64,000 nucleotides of DNA from NCBI GenBank assembly GCA_002189035.1, contig NEEC01000012.1:1116001-1180000 (forward strand). The letters are read 5' to 3'. The notes under the pieces are model-generated. The model did not search any database. It saw only the letters and a program-made list of their open reading frames with translations, and was not told where the DNA came from. Position numbers and translations under genes: made by a program. How positions within the stretch are numbered: the first letter of the stretch is position 1; each line of letters begins with the position of its first letter. Shown here in pieces: positions 25,409 to 39,039 of the stretch. The DNA is from Utricularia gibba. Its lineage: Eukaryota > Plantae > Magnoliophyta.

Positions 25409-27674
25409 CCATAAATGGAAATTTCTCAATGTCATTGCAAAAATAGAAATTTTGTTATCAAATAAATTTATAATCCCTAATCTACACAAAATAAAAATTT
25501 AGAAAACTTATATAGTGAATATCGGGGTTGATTACAAAGAGCTTGTGCTTGCTAAGTCTTTTAGTAAATGCATAATTCGAAATAAAAGTTATCTTAATCT
25601 AAGCTCGGATCAACAGTGGTAAACAAGTTCGGTAAACAAGATCATGTTTCAATGCGAAAGGTAACAAGTACTTGTTTTAACTCAAAATAATACGAAGATG
25701 CCTTAAGGATCTGCAGGTGGTGTCATGCTAAGGTGCCTAATTTAATTTACCATGTTCCAACACTTACAACTTCAAATAACCCAAGTCTACCCAGATCATT
25801 CATCATATTTTCGGCTGAATTAGTCCCCATTATCATAACCCACATTGCAATTAGGTCTACCCTTATGTAAATCATATAAAACTAGGTCTACTAGGTTCTA
25901 CCCCGGACTAACACCTACTGCACCCGTCTTGATTTGTTGATCTATCTCTAAACCAAGCATCTTAGTTGTGAAACTACTTATTCCTCTCCTTAGGTCTACC
26001 CATGAATTGATAGGAACAAGAGCTAAGAAATGAACATAAATTTCATTATCAACCCTAAGCACACACCACCATATTTCACCTTAAGGCATCCCTAAGGCTT
26101 TAGCTACTCATATTTTGAAGGTAAAACATGATAACATTCACATAAAGCAACGAAAATGTCAAGAACATCGTGAAAGAGTTGGTTGCATAAACTGAAAAAC
26201 ATCAACAAATGAAAATAAAGCAGTAAGAGTTCTGGTTTCCGTATGCTACTGTTCCTGGGCCGGAACTATAGCGCTAGACTGGGCTCTGATGCTATTCTTG
26301 AGGATGAAGTTCTTCTACTCTCCTGGTTGAGTGCTCGTCGTGTTGGGGGAGAAGCCCCTCCTCGGGTTTGCCCGTCTACTCTTCCTTCTCCCTTCTCCAA
26401 AAATATCTTCATATCTTTTTACCATTTTTCAAAATCAGTCTACTATTTCTGACATCTGTACTATTCCTGGCCTAAGCCTGTAGACTATAGGCGATTGAAT
26501 AGTGCATTATGTATCCTCTTTTAATGCTGCCCATTCTTCCAAATCTTCACATGCACGAAATTCATGTCTCCTTCCTGATTTTTGAACGTTGATGCTGGAG
26601 TAGAAAAAAATGTTAATAACATGGGATGGGCTAAATCCTGTGATTTAGCCCATTAACACATAAAAAAACATTATGTCCTAAAATTTGGTAAAAATACTAA
26701 AAGATATAAGATAAACACTTAAAACATGATTCAAAAACATAATTTTCTTATTCTAATAATAGGAAAATTCGTATGTTATCACACTATGCTACAAAGACAC
26801 TAGACTTGTCCTCAAGTCCAAACTAAGACTAATAAAATCCTGTTTTCGAAAATTTTCATGATAGACATGAATGACCATGTTCAGATTTCAGATGCATGAA
26901 CCATAGGTGTACTTGTGTGCAAAATAGGTAACACTTCAACATGCATGAATAGATTATTCTTGGAGAGTGCTTTCAAAGATTAAAACAATGAATTAACATA
27001 TTCAAAGCAACCAAAAGATTGTGATTCTCAACTCGGTTTTTTCGTTTCTTGCATCTATCCCTCTCTTTTTTTTTGATATATATGAGATAGCAAATGAACA
27101 AACATTTCAAAATCAATCTAGACATAATTTCAAGACCTCTCTTAATACAAAGAGTGTTGGCCAAGTACTCTCACCTTATGAATCCAGGTCAACTTCCACT
27201 CCTCTAAACAAATTCATCCTGTCTTATTCATTCACTTCTCAACGAGTCTACACACGCTTTTCAATTGTGCGTTGCTTTTTAGACTCGGGTCTCATTGCTT
27301 TTCAAATGATGATGCTTTTCTTGACCCTTATTCTCTCTTTTTTTTTCATCAGCAATCCTTGTAGCAATGAAATATATCAACTCATGGAAACAAATCTAGA
27401 TTGTACTCTTTAGGTTCCTCTAATCATGCTTGCACTCACATAACAAAATAATTGGGATTCATGCTCACAAGGTTTCAGAAGGCTTCAAACAAAGCTCGTG
27501 CATCCTAATCATCACAAGGCTATCATATCCCATGATTGAATTATTCGAAACGGGATTTGGAGTATCAAGTAAAAACACATTCTACAAAAACAAACAAATA
27601 ACTCCTAGCATAGAATTAGAGACATAAATGGTCCAAAGTGGATGGACTCAAATTGTGTGTAAGAAAACCTGAAT
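25409..27674 (-). mobile_element. 3' end of an Athila-type element: 3' LTR (25409-26781, ~1373 bp) plus 3' non-coding internal region
   Basis: The LTR starts TGATAAC at 26781 and is homologous to 30164-31541 and 58953-60329. The upstream motif ttagtcttag..gacttgaggacaagtc is shared with 44809-44838. Confidence 0.8.
26782..26798 (-). other. tRNA-Asp 5'-end-like 17-mer at the PPT position
   Basis: Minus-strand gtctttgtagcatagtg vs tRNA-Asp(GUC) nt 1-17 GTCGTTGTAGTATAGTG (recalled): 15/17, directly abutting TGATAAC. Confidence 0.7.
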
Positions 27675-27700
27675 AAAAAAAAATAGACAAACAGCGCTTG

Positions 27701-28836
27701 TGATAACACCATTTTTATGGTATTTTTATATATGTTTTTAAGTGTGTTTTGTAAGGTTAAATGTTGCTTAGGGTGCTAAAATGTCTTCTTTTGCGTATTT
27801 GGACTATTGAAATATGTTTATTGTGAAAATAGCCAAAACCTCTAATATTTCGTCTAATCTGTGTTTTAAATCATACCAGGGTAAGAGCTAGTATTGCAAT
27901 AGCGTACTTTCCAAATTGACAAGCCAGAAGGGACAAGAAAAGCTATGTAAAAGCCACCTTTTGTCGAAAGTAGCCACTCTTCTAAGAGTATAAGATTTGG
28001 AGCAAAGATTTCCCTTCTAAAAGCCTGAGGAAAAGATGACGCTACCCTTACTTTTAAGCTGCAAAAGGGGAAAAAGAAGAGAGAGAGGAGAGGGCGGACA
28101 CTGTGCACATAGAGTGCACAAAGGGATGAATAGGAGCGAGTGGGAGCAAGGAGAACTACTTTTCTCCGGCAGATATATGATCAAGAGCAAACACTAGACA
28201 CTTCATTTTCTATTTTCTGCACTTATATTTCGTTGACAAACTAGCTGTTGTTTCCTTCTGCGCTTTCATGCTTTCAGTTACGTTTCGGTGCCTTATTGTG
28301 AACGGAAAATTGTCTGTAGACCTTGCTTTAACTTATAAACATGTTTCTGTTTAAGATCTTCACGTTTGGTTTTAAGCTTAATATGCTTTTTACATTTCCT
28401 GCGCACACATACTCTGTTTTCGCACACACTAACTCTATTTTCAAGCGTTTCAAAGCTAGGTTAAGCCTATGGGCTCTCTTGAGTAATACAAGAGACAGAC
28501 CATGTCGTAAAACCTAGCCAAATTACTTTTATTTTATGTTTTCTGCACCTTCACGTTAATTTCAGTGCTCCTTCAACCCTTCAACTAGTTTATTTGAATT
28601 ACTGTTATTTTAGATCTTACCCGCGTTAGAACTAAATCCCAGAAAACCCCTTGTTTCCAGTAAATGCAACGAACTTCAAGAAATTACAATCATTCCCTGT
28701 GAATTCGATCTTTGCTTGTCACACTACATTAATTCATGTGATTTGTGTAATAGAATAGCTAGGTTTATAAATTTCTTTTGATGCGTTGAATGTGCTAGGT
28801 CGTGACATTTAGCAATCTCATTTCCTACGTTCATCA
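27701..28836 (+). mobile_element. Athila-type solo LTR (divergent subfamily)
   Basis: TGATAACACC...CGTTCATCA termini with an Athila-like 3' end (tccctgtgaattcgatc...ggtttataaattt). No PBS follows and no TSD was found. Confidence 0.7.
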
Positions 28837-29649
28837 GGTTCAGAAACACTAGTCTATTGTTATTATATTATAATGTGATGTTATTCTTTATTTTGATATT
28901 TCAATATTTAGATTTTATGAAAACTGTAGTTAAAATGCATGAATTAAAGACATAAATGGTCCAAAGTGGATGGACTCAAATTGTGTGTAAGAAAACCTGA
29001 ATCAGCCCAATTTTGTATTACTCTGGTACCCAAGTGGGCATAATGCTATATTGTATTTGTACCGGCCTAGTCCAAGCAACGCACAATCTAAACATTGTGT
29101 GAGAATTTTGTGGGAAAAAAATGGAAGCTCAAGTTCTAGTGGGAAACTGAAATAGGAAAGAGAATGTAGAAAGAAAGAGTGTGATGATGAGGGGAAAGAA
29201 TTCCATAGGGGAGAGGGATTCCAGCATGGGGCTGGAAGAGATTAAAGATCAAAACTTTAAGGGAAGATGGTTACAATGATTTGAACATCGAAAACCTAAA
29301 GAAGAAAAGCAAACAACCAAGTATAAGTACTAGACTCTTAATACTTTGCACTTGTCAGAAAAACAAGAGCATACTGAGGGAAACAAAGGAAATAATCAAA
29401 ACATACATGTTTGAAGATGAAAACCAATCAAAAAATTTCAGAACTTTTTTTATTGCTTTCATTATTTAGACGTATCAACTTTGAAACAGCTTATTTCAAT
29501 GCATTTATTCTGCCTCATTATGCTTATTTACCATTATCATTAAAATTGCATTAACTTGGAAATGTGTTTACCAACATTTAATCAAAACATGTTTTACTAA
29601 AAAAAAGAATACTTAGCAAATTTTGGTACGTGATTTTCCTAATTGGGGT

Positions 29650-32600
29650 CTCTGCTTTTATTTGTGAATTTCATCTAAAATAACTTATTTAAATATTGAA
29701 GTACCGGTTAACATCTTGTCAAATGCTGTGTAGTTTAGCTTATTCATAAGATTTACGGTTGAAAGCCCATTTTTTCTTTTACAAGTCAATTTGGACTTAT
29801 TGTTACTACATTTATTTTTTAATAGAATATTTGTAGGATATTTATTCAGTATATAAATATTTTGATGGAGAAATATTTTTAGACCCATGGAAACTAGAGA
29901 AATTTCCATCCAATCAATCAGTAGAAAAGAATCCTTTCAGATAGACCTTTGTGGCTCCATTGATTCCTAGATCAACATGCTAAGAGAAACTCCTATTGAA
30001 GTTCACTATCAATCTTTAGGTAATTATTATGAGATTTATGGAGGAAATTTGAGAGTAAGAAGAATACACCAATAAATTCTCTTTTAAACATTGGAGACAT
30101 TGTTGGTCACATTTTTCTTTATCAAGAAGTTGAAGAAGCCATGTGGGGTTTTGTGAGGCCTCTTGATAACACATATTTCATTAGTGTTTTAAGTTATAAA
30201 ATTGATATGTTTAATGATAAAATTAGGTTTTTTAATTATAATTTTTAATATTTTTTTAATTATAGTATTATTTGTTTTTTTATGCATAATATAAATTAAA
30301 TCCATGATTTAGTCTATATTTTGATTTCTAATATTCTTCCGAGTGTTAGCAGCAGCATTATGAATCACATTTAGCTAGTTTATGAGAATAATTCAAAGGG
30401 GCACAAGACATAAGGAGGAGACATTATTAATATTCAGCCCTCTATAGTCTTCAGGTTCAGGTCAGAAATAGTACAGATGTGAAGAATAGTGGATTGACTT
30501 TGGAAAATGAAAAAAATTTTATGTGAAGATATTTTAGGAGAGGGGAGGAGGAATATAATACAACCAGACCCTAAGAGGGGGAGGAAGAATACGAAAGAGG
30601 GAAGATGAAGGTGATTTCTCCAGAAGTAAGACTAAAGACTTGAAGAACAGCATTAGAGACTCAATTCAGCACTACTCTATCGAGCAGTGAACAGTAATAG
30701 ATCGCGAACAAAACACTCTACTTTATCTTTAGTTGCTGGATGTTTCGTTACTTTGACTGTTTTTTTACAATGTCTTTGTTATTCTCTTCAATTTATCTTA
30801 ATGATATTATGCTTTATCTTCTATACATGAATAGCTAAGCCTTAGGGAATGTCTTAAGGAATAGAATGGTGGTGTGAATTTAGGGTTAATAATGAAATTT
30901 ACATTTCTTTCTTGTTTCTATTATTCCATGGGTAGACCTAAGGAGGGGAACGATTAACTTCGCAACTAAGATGTTTGATTTAGAGGTAGATCAACAAATT
31001 AAGACATGAGCAGTTGGTATTAGTTCAAGGTAAAACCAGTAGAATCGGGTAGACCTAGTTTGATATATACTTTGCATGCGAATAGATCAATTTACGGGAT
31101 AGGTGATGATATTGAGGACTATATTTGCCAAAAACATGATGAATAACTTGGGTAGACCTAAATTATTTGGAGTTGTGAATATAGGAACATGGTAGATTAA
31201 GTTAGACATTTTAGCACCACATCACCTGCACACACTTAAGGCATTTTAGTATTACTTTGAATTAGAACCAGTATTTGTTACCTTTAGCATTGAGACGTGA
31301 TTGTTTTTTTTTTATTGAACTTGCTTACCACTTTTAGTCCGAGCTTAGATTAAGAACTACCATTATTCCGAATACTACATCTACTGAAACACTTAATAAG
31401 CACAAGCTCCTTGTGATAGACCTTCAAATTCCACTATACATTTTGTGTTTAATTTTTATTTTATAAGGATTAGGGCTTATAAATTTATTTGATACGAAGA
31501 TTTCTATTTTTGTAACGACATTAGAAAATTTTCATTTGTTACCTTTTCATGTATGTGATACCTAACTAGGCAAAGGAATCCTACGATGCTAGCAAGAATT
31601 AAGATCTCTCACGACATTTATTTATGGAGTTTTGCAATTTCAACGTATCAAGAAAAGCAAGTTTTTAAACAAAAAAATAAATTTTCGAATCATACTCAGC
31701 AAAATATGGAGATATTTATGACATAAAAGAATAACCCGAAATTTCACAATAAAATGATAGACATAACTACCATGAAACTACTTATTAGCGAGTTAATAGA
31801 TAATTTGTAATGGCATGCATCCCACATCCTGGACCAAGCAAATTCTCTAAGTTTTGAACAAGTTAAGGGTTTAGACCCTAAACAAGTTACCTCTGCATCC
31901 AATTCATTAGGATTTGATGATCTTTTAACAAAACTGTTAGTTCAATATATTGAAGAAAAAATTTTTATTTTGGAAACAACATCATCATCAAAATGTAAAT
32001 GTAGTATAAAGTTATGTCAATCTATTGAAATATGCTATGCCACAAGTGAATGTTTTCAAAAATAAATAAATCCGAATTGTAGGATGATTGACCCCCCCTT
32101 AATTCAGTTCGTATGAATCTTTTTCGGGAGCTGAGGTAAATGCATCACAAGCACATCAATTAGTAGATTTGGGAGGATTAATGTCGAGGACAAATGATTA
32201 ATTCACCCATCCAAATCAAATTAGGGGAAAGACTTTCTTTAACAAAGCATATCATTTATTGCCATACGGATGTCGAATGCTAAATATCATATGTGTAGAA
32301 TTGTTCAAGTATAGTTATACACTGAACCGATTTGGTACTATCCATGCTATTTCTTTGAGTCCTCCCGATGCAATGATACTAAAAAGAATTTTTATCCAAA
32401 CATTAAAGGGTCATAATGTATATATTGGCATCTGGGTGAATGGCCACCCAAAATCAAGACAATGGAATTAAATTTATGAATAAAATCATAAATCAAGAAA
32501 ATCTATCGTATTCAAACTCCTTTTACTTGAGTGCATCTTGATTCTATGGACTATGCTATGGCCCAAGGGATCTATAAGAAAAGTGACCACTTTTTTACCT
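29650..32600 (-). mobile_element. Degraded LINE (L1) relic: ORF1 (DUF4283/zinc knuckle-like) then ORF2 endonuclease, interrupted by a solo LTR
   Basis: Minus-strand peptides PFNVWIKIL..LKEIA and TFTCG (~32030-32450), then VDLGING...FFSTD*L (~29900-29990), in ORF1-to-ORF2 order. Confidence 0.4.
30164..31541 (+). mobile_element. Athila-type solo LTR (family A), ~1378 bp
   Basis: TGATAACAC start and degenerate tttgtta end. Flanks cctct (30159-30163) and ccttt (31542-31546) are a 4/5 TSD. Confidence 0.8.
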
Positions 32601-33529
32601 AAATATATAATGTACTTTTTGAAATAAATACATGAATTTTCTTATTTTAAAAAAATAAATTTATTTAATTTTGAAGTTGTTGTTATGTATGTTGTTACAT
32701 TTATTTTATGAAGTAATGATTCTTAATTTTGAATGGCTATGATATAACGTGGTACCTTAGGAAAAAAGGGGAAATGTGTATAACCTTTGCCTAGGATTTG
32801 AGACTTATGTTAATGTATTTTTCTAATAAATCAAAATAGAGACAAAAGGAGAAAGGATTAATGCATGTAAGTTAAAAAATCCAACTTAGAAGTATACTTA
32901 ACCCTAAATCCAACCTTAGAAATATACCGAAAAGATGAGATGTGCTTTCATAGATAATATGTTTGGTGAGAGATAACAAGGATAGGGACATTGTCTTATT
33001 TGGCATACGCAATGGTATACCTAAGTATAAAATGGTTTGGAAAACTTAAGAAGATAAAAATAAAAAATCATAGAAATGGGTTGAGTTAGATTTCGACAAT
33101 GTTGGGTTAATAAACACTTTAGAGTTGTATGGTCATGAGTGAATGCATTCCCCTATAATCAATCCTTCACACACCCAAGTTTTCATTAAATGAAATTAAG
33201 TTTTAGTATTTATTGAATTGTTTTCTAAAATTTATTATATTATCATTGACACATTATTAATTTTAGTTAAGATTTAAAAATTGATTATAACAATCAGAAT
33301 GCATGAACTTTTACACCACAAGCATGTGTTCTTTGAGTTCAACCTTGAATGTACTTTACATTTTTTTCGATTTTTAGTTTGTATTCATTAAAGCTTTATA
33401 AATTTCTTTGATTAAAAATTTTTAATATTACAATGACTAGAAATTTTTGTATATCACATGAGAAGAATTGCGTATGTTTGGTTTTATAGATTCCTATTTT
33501 GTAAGATCTAAAAGCACTTTGGGTTATTT

Positions 33530-33970
33530 TTTTACTCTGGAAGTGGCATGGTTTGTTTTTCTTCAATGGGGCAATTTGTTATTGCTGAATCGATTGTAGA
33601 AGCTGAGTATTATGCTGCTTCTAAAGTCTATAACCAACCTCTTTGGCAGCACAAACTTCTCGGCAATTTGAACCTGAGGCACTATGGTCCAACAAATATT
33701 CAACACCGCTCAAATTCTGAAATTTCAGCCACTAAGAATCCTATTTTCTTCTGGCTGCATGAAGATTATTAATGCCAAATACCATGCTCTCAGTGAAGCT
33801 CAAAGTGGTGGATTTGTGAAAGGTAGTGTTCTGTTCAACTACAGAACAAGTTGCCAATTTACTCACCAAACCTTTGACCATTTCCAGATTTGAAGATCTC
33901 TTAGCGATTTGGAATTGAATATTCTCCACATTATTGAGGAGAAGAATGTAGAACATGTATAATAATGTAT
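33530..33970 (+). mobile_element. Ty1/copia RNase H remnant with PPT
   Basis: VIAESIVEAEYYAAS, KNPIF, INAKYH and QVANLLTKPL, then ttgaggagaagaa|tgtag. Confidence 0.7.
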
Positions 33971-35970
33971 TATAAGATGCAATCTTCGACTATTAGATTA
34001 GGGAAATTACTTAGCAGTTAGTGTGGATAAATAATAGTTAGTTATAAATTGATGTTTTCTAGTTGGTCACATACATGTAGCCTTATTAAAGGCATTATCC
34101 GTTATCAATAAAATGTGGTTAAAAAATGTATTACAGGATTTTTTTTGAAAGGTCTTTAGTTCTTTTGATGGATTCAATATCAATGAATTTAGAAAAGAGT
34201 TTTGAAGGTTAGAATGTATGTATAACAAAGGTTCTTGGAATTCTATATCCATTCTTAAGCTAAGTATAGGGTAAAGTCGTAAATTTATTGTAAATAAGAT
34301 TCAAAAGATGCTGATTTTGGAAGATGGAATGTCAAATGCTCTTTTTTACCCAGAGAACTAATCTGGGTGTCGCGAGTAGAATGAATGAGATTCACGTTGA
34401 AGTGGTTTGTTACCTAGCACTATTGTTGATAATAACTTGAATATCTTTGAATACTTAAAGTTTTGTATCTGAAACTAGTTATAAAGAAATGGCTAGAGTT
34501 TTAGCAAAAGTACCTCTATAGGGTTGAATCATTTGGTTGAAACAATTGAAAGAGAACATATTTAATAAATGAAAAATCCAGAATATTGTAAAATATTGGA
34601 TTTTTTTGAAAACAAAGAGTTTAATGCTCGTTGTGTGAAAGTTCATAAGTTATGATGTCGAATACAATTTTTAATTTTAACTACCATTTGCATAAATTAA
34701 ATAGTAATTGGGAAATGAGGAGGAGGAGGAGACGGTATGTATAAAAGATTCGAATTATAGAATGATGCAAATGTCCCTAATTACATCAAATTTACACTAA
34801 TGTTGTTAAATTCAACGTTCGACAGTTTTGACCAAATCATTTTTGATGAATCAGTATTGATTAGATCATAGATGCTATAGATTATCCCAATAAAGATAAT
34901 GGATAAAACATTAATAATTCCCCAATGATTTCAGTTTGGCCAATCACTAGATTAAGAGCAATAAGGGATCAAGAAACGCTTAAGAGCTTATAGGTCAATC
35001 AACCAAGCTATGAGGTGTTTGGCATGCCATTCAACATTATAAAAGTGGATTAACTTAATTAGAGAAGACCCATTATTACCCAAATACATTATTATTATTA
35101 CTTTTTCTCAAATAAGGCCCAACTCTTCATCTATATAAAAAGGTCTTACCGTTGTTTTGGACAACTTTGATTGTAATCACTTTTGAGAGCTATTATATTT
35201 TCTTGAGTTCTTGTGGAACTTAGACTTATTAAGCCTTGCTTGTGGTGTTTAGTGTGTAGTTTATCACTCTCAATTCCTTCCTTAATTATGTGAGTGTGGT
35301 ACCAATTTATAATTTGGGTTGTAAGGATATTTTCATTTTTTAGGTTCAACTTCTTTTATTTGAGGAATTGCTTCTTTTCATCTAATATCTGGTTTGCCAA
35401 TCACTTATTGATTGGAGCGTCGTATCAGGTATAAATATTTGTTCAAAACTCCACTATAATTAAATAATATATAAATACAATATGGCAATAAAATACATAA
35501 AAATGATTCAACTTTTGAGATCCCAATGTGATCAATACACAGCTCAAAACTGTAAAATTCACTCAAGTACTAAAACTATGGCAGCTAGTTTTGGTACAAC
35601 TCGTAAACATTTAGGCAACAGTTAATATTAATATCATATAATACATATTGTTCACAAAAAAGAGAAAATAATATCCTCTAAGAGGAAATGAGATATACCC
35701 ATATTTAGGATTTAATCACTCTTAAAACTTGAAAGCTGATTCATCTTTTTGAAAATCAAATAGTAAAAGCAAAGTACAGAAACAATACATTAGAAGTTGA
35801 GGAACTTGAGAATGGAAAAACAAAAAGACAACCATTTTCCAAAAAGTGACACGGTTGTCATGACCATTTTCCTTTTGGTCTGCTACCATTCATGATTTAT
35901 TTTTTTTTTGTTTTTCCAGATAACCACGAGCTAGTCTTCTTGCATTTTTCCACAAAATCATCCGTCACAC

Positions 35971-36560
35971 TAGGGATGTTAAATGAACGAACAATTCGTG
36001 TATGAATTATGTTTGACTTGATTAAGATCATTTCTTTTTGTTTGAATACTATAAATAAACGAACATAAACAAAATATATGTTAGATTACACTATTGACAA
36101 ATATAAACAAGATCAATATTTGATTATGTTCAATTATAATATATAATAATATATTATAATTATGATTTTTTAATTCATATAAAATATGTTATATTAATTA
36201 ATATATAAATATAATATAATTATTTTTACAATATATATAATATTAGAAATTATTTTTTCTGTTAATATTTAGATTATAAATAATTTTAAATCATTTTTTT
36301 CAATTAAAATACGTGAAATACTTATTGTATTAAAAATATTATATTTATATTCATGTTAAAATACTAATTTATTTATATTTATATTAAAATATAAATATAT
36401 TATATTTATTCATGAATTTTCGAGAAAATTCATAAACTTTAAATAGATAAATATGAACAAAATTTTTGTTCAATTAACTCAAATAAACGAACATAATCAA
36501 ATTTTTTTATTTGATAAAATTAAACAAATGAACATAAATATAGATGTTTATATTTGTTCA
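35971..36560. mobile_element. hAT-type non-autonomous element (MITE-like)
   Basis: Starts tagggatgttaaa and carries repeated (c/t)gaaca / ataaacgaacataa subterminal motifs near both ends. Confidence 0.45.
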
Positions 36561-36779
36561 GGGTTCAAATAACATATAGTACAAAAGACCTTTAAAAATA
36601 CCAAAACTCCATACCACTATCTAAGAAATCCTCTAATTATATGATAAAATCTTGTATTTAGAAAATACATTCAATTTTTTGAATCAGTTATTTTTTATTA
36701 AAAAATCTATCAAATAGATGAAAAGAATTAGAAATATTATTTGATTAGTTGGTATTCAAAAAGAAAGTTGATAGACCAA

Positions 36780-37845
36780 TGATGCGTGTTATTTTCACAA
36801 CAAATTTTAACATTTTTAAAACTCGTAAAACACAAAAGCGTAGTATGGGTGTTGAACACGAGGAGTTGTTTTCAAGTGAAAGGTGAGATATCCCGAATAC
36901 AACTATTACAATTTATAAACGGTTTTGAAGCTAAAAGTTGCGAGAACATTGATGGTGATGCTTGAGTAAGGGAATAAGAGGTGTTTTGAGCAAACAACTA
37001 AAATAAACGTAAGCGATGAACCTTAAATAAAGTAAATGTTCTTGGGTTTGGAATCCTATTCACCTATGTTCGTTGCGTCTTCACTCTTCTCTGATTCTCT
37101 CGAGTAGTCGATTATAGGAGTAAGAAATTGTCTACCTCCACTTACACTCTCTTGCTATAAGGCACGAGAATAGCCCGATGTTGTTACTCCTTGGACGAAC
37201 GTGAGAATAAGAGGTCCTGCCAGCGTACCCTCACAGCCGAATTGCACGCGTGTGCCCGAGTGTTGCCAATGACCCAATGAATCCAGATACGAGGTCACTA
37301 CCTATCGATTGATCCTGAGGTACGGCCACAGACAAAACGTTGTCTTCCTCCTGCCAAAAGAGCTCGAGTTGGTGCTTTCCACCTTGATCTTCTCCATAAT
37401 CTGCGGGTTGTGATCAGCTAACCATGAACCTTGAATAAGGGAACTGTTACAGAAATACTGCAACATAGACGCGCGAAGACATACGAAACTCGTTTGGATT
37501 CAGAGAAAATGTGAAGTTAAGCTAACGAAGCATAGTTTTGGAGGTGTTCCAACCCAGAAACGGAAGTTTCTTGCCGTGAACGGCTAGACAAACTGAAGGA
37601 AAGGAAAACAAAGTTCTAAAGGAAAATCCTCTAGAGAGAGAAACAAAAGAGGAAACTAAACTTACTACTAATTGCCTCTCGTCTGAACAGAACTCCCACT
37701 TTATTGAGGGTGTGAGATTTAGTGTCTTTGTGATTCTGCTGAACTTGGGATGACTTGCAAGCAACATCTGACACTGGTACGCTAATGATGTCGCCTGTCA
37801 GAGACTCTCGTGTTCTGCACATCAAGGCTCATAATTAAGCGTCTA
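36780..37845 (-). mobile_element. Family B LTR, truncated at its 5' side
   Basis: Ends ...cacgcatca on the minus strand at 36780 and is collinear with 16121-17370. Confidence 0.7.
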
Positions 37846-38805
37846 CAGTCTTCCGAAAATCAAGGGAATGTCAGCTTGGGAAGATCCAATTTGTTGCCAT
37901 CTGATGATTTATTTCTCTCTTTTTCTGCCACTTGTGCGTCTCTATAAAAACTCAGGAAAGGTGGAGAGAGAAGCAAATCTCCCTTTGGAGACTCACGAAC
38001 ACATTTTCTGGGGAGAAGGTTTTCTAGGGAGGAAGAAGGAAGACAAATAGGATCGAAGCTGAAGTTCAAGATTATTTTCTGTCTTCGAAGAATATTACTC
38101 TTAGCTAAGAGTAGCTAGTGACGTTTTTCAGTTTTTGTTGACACTTCACATTACTTGCTTGTTTGCTTTCTGGTATTTGACTGTGAAATGAGCACATTGT
38201 GGGTGATGTTTTCTTTTCCACTTTCGTTTACCTTAAGCATGAGTGGCTAAGTACTTAGGGAGGTGCCTTGGGGTAAAAAGGGGAGAAACATGTTAATCAA
38301 CCTTCAGATCTAAACACCCATGAGTCACGCCACTTCCTTAACAAACCAGGATAGATCGAGGATGGGGAAGTAGTGAAACCCAACTTACCAACCCTAATTA
38401 GAGGTAGACCAAAGATTAGGGGGAAAAACAAGAATCCAGGAAGACCTAGATCTTGTGAGTTAGTTGTATGATTTGTGGTTTGTGTGAGTTTGTTTAGTGA
38501 TGAGCATACATCCCCTAGGAGTCCCAAGACATCACTCATTCCATTCCAGAAACTACCGAATCCAAACTTGTTACTTTTCTTTACTGTATTTCGTTGTAGT
38601 CCTAACTTAGTCCTAGTTAAGATCAATTTTACCAACGTGACACTGATTTCATGCTTTGGCTAATCACTTGACAAGCACCTGCTCTTCGTGTTCGACTCTA
38701 ATCACTATGCTCATAATTGTTTTATGCTTGAATGTGGGTTAGGTTATAAATTTATTTGATAGGAAAATTTGCATTTAACGACATTGCATAATTTTTCGTT
38801 TATCA
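37846..38805 (+). mobile_element. Athila-type LTR 3' part (family A2)
   Basis: TATA-like ctctataaaa at ~37940 and terminus ggttataaatttatttgata...gtttatca. Inverted homolog at 1-650. Confidence 0.75.
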
Positions 38806-39039
38806 AAAAGTAAATCAAAGCATTTTGTTCTGAAATGCTAGTCTGCTCAAGCAACACAATGCGACTTTCACATTCGTATATGAATCAAAGAGAGATGTGA
38901 TTTGGCAATTCAAAATTTTTCAGGCGCATTCTTGTAGAAGTGAAATAGAGGGCAACAAACATAGAAACATTACAGTGAGTTTTATTGGATGATATTTGGT
39001 AGATTATGTTTGGAATATGCAAGGTAATATTTTTATAGT

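Noticed and set aside
34800-35430. Possible solo LTR with TATA ctatataaaaagg at ~35130
   Set aside because: No termini or TSD could be defined.
36780-38805. Single 2-kb LTR with TGAT...ATCA ends
   Set aside because: Flanks accaa and aaaag do not form a TSD, and the two halves are opposite-orientation pieces of different LTR families.
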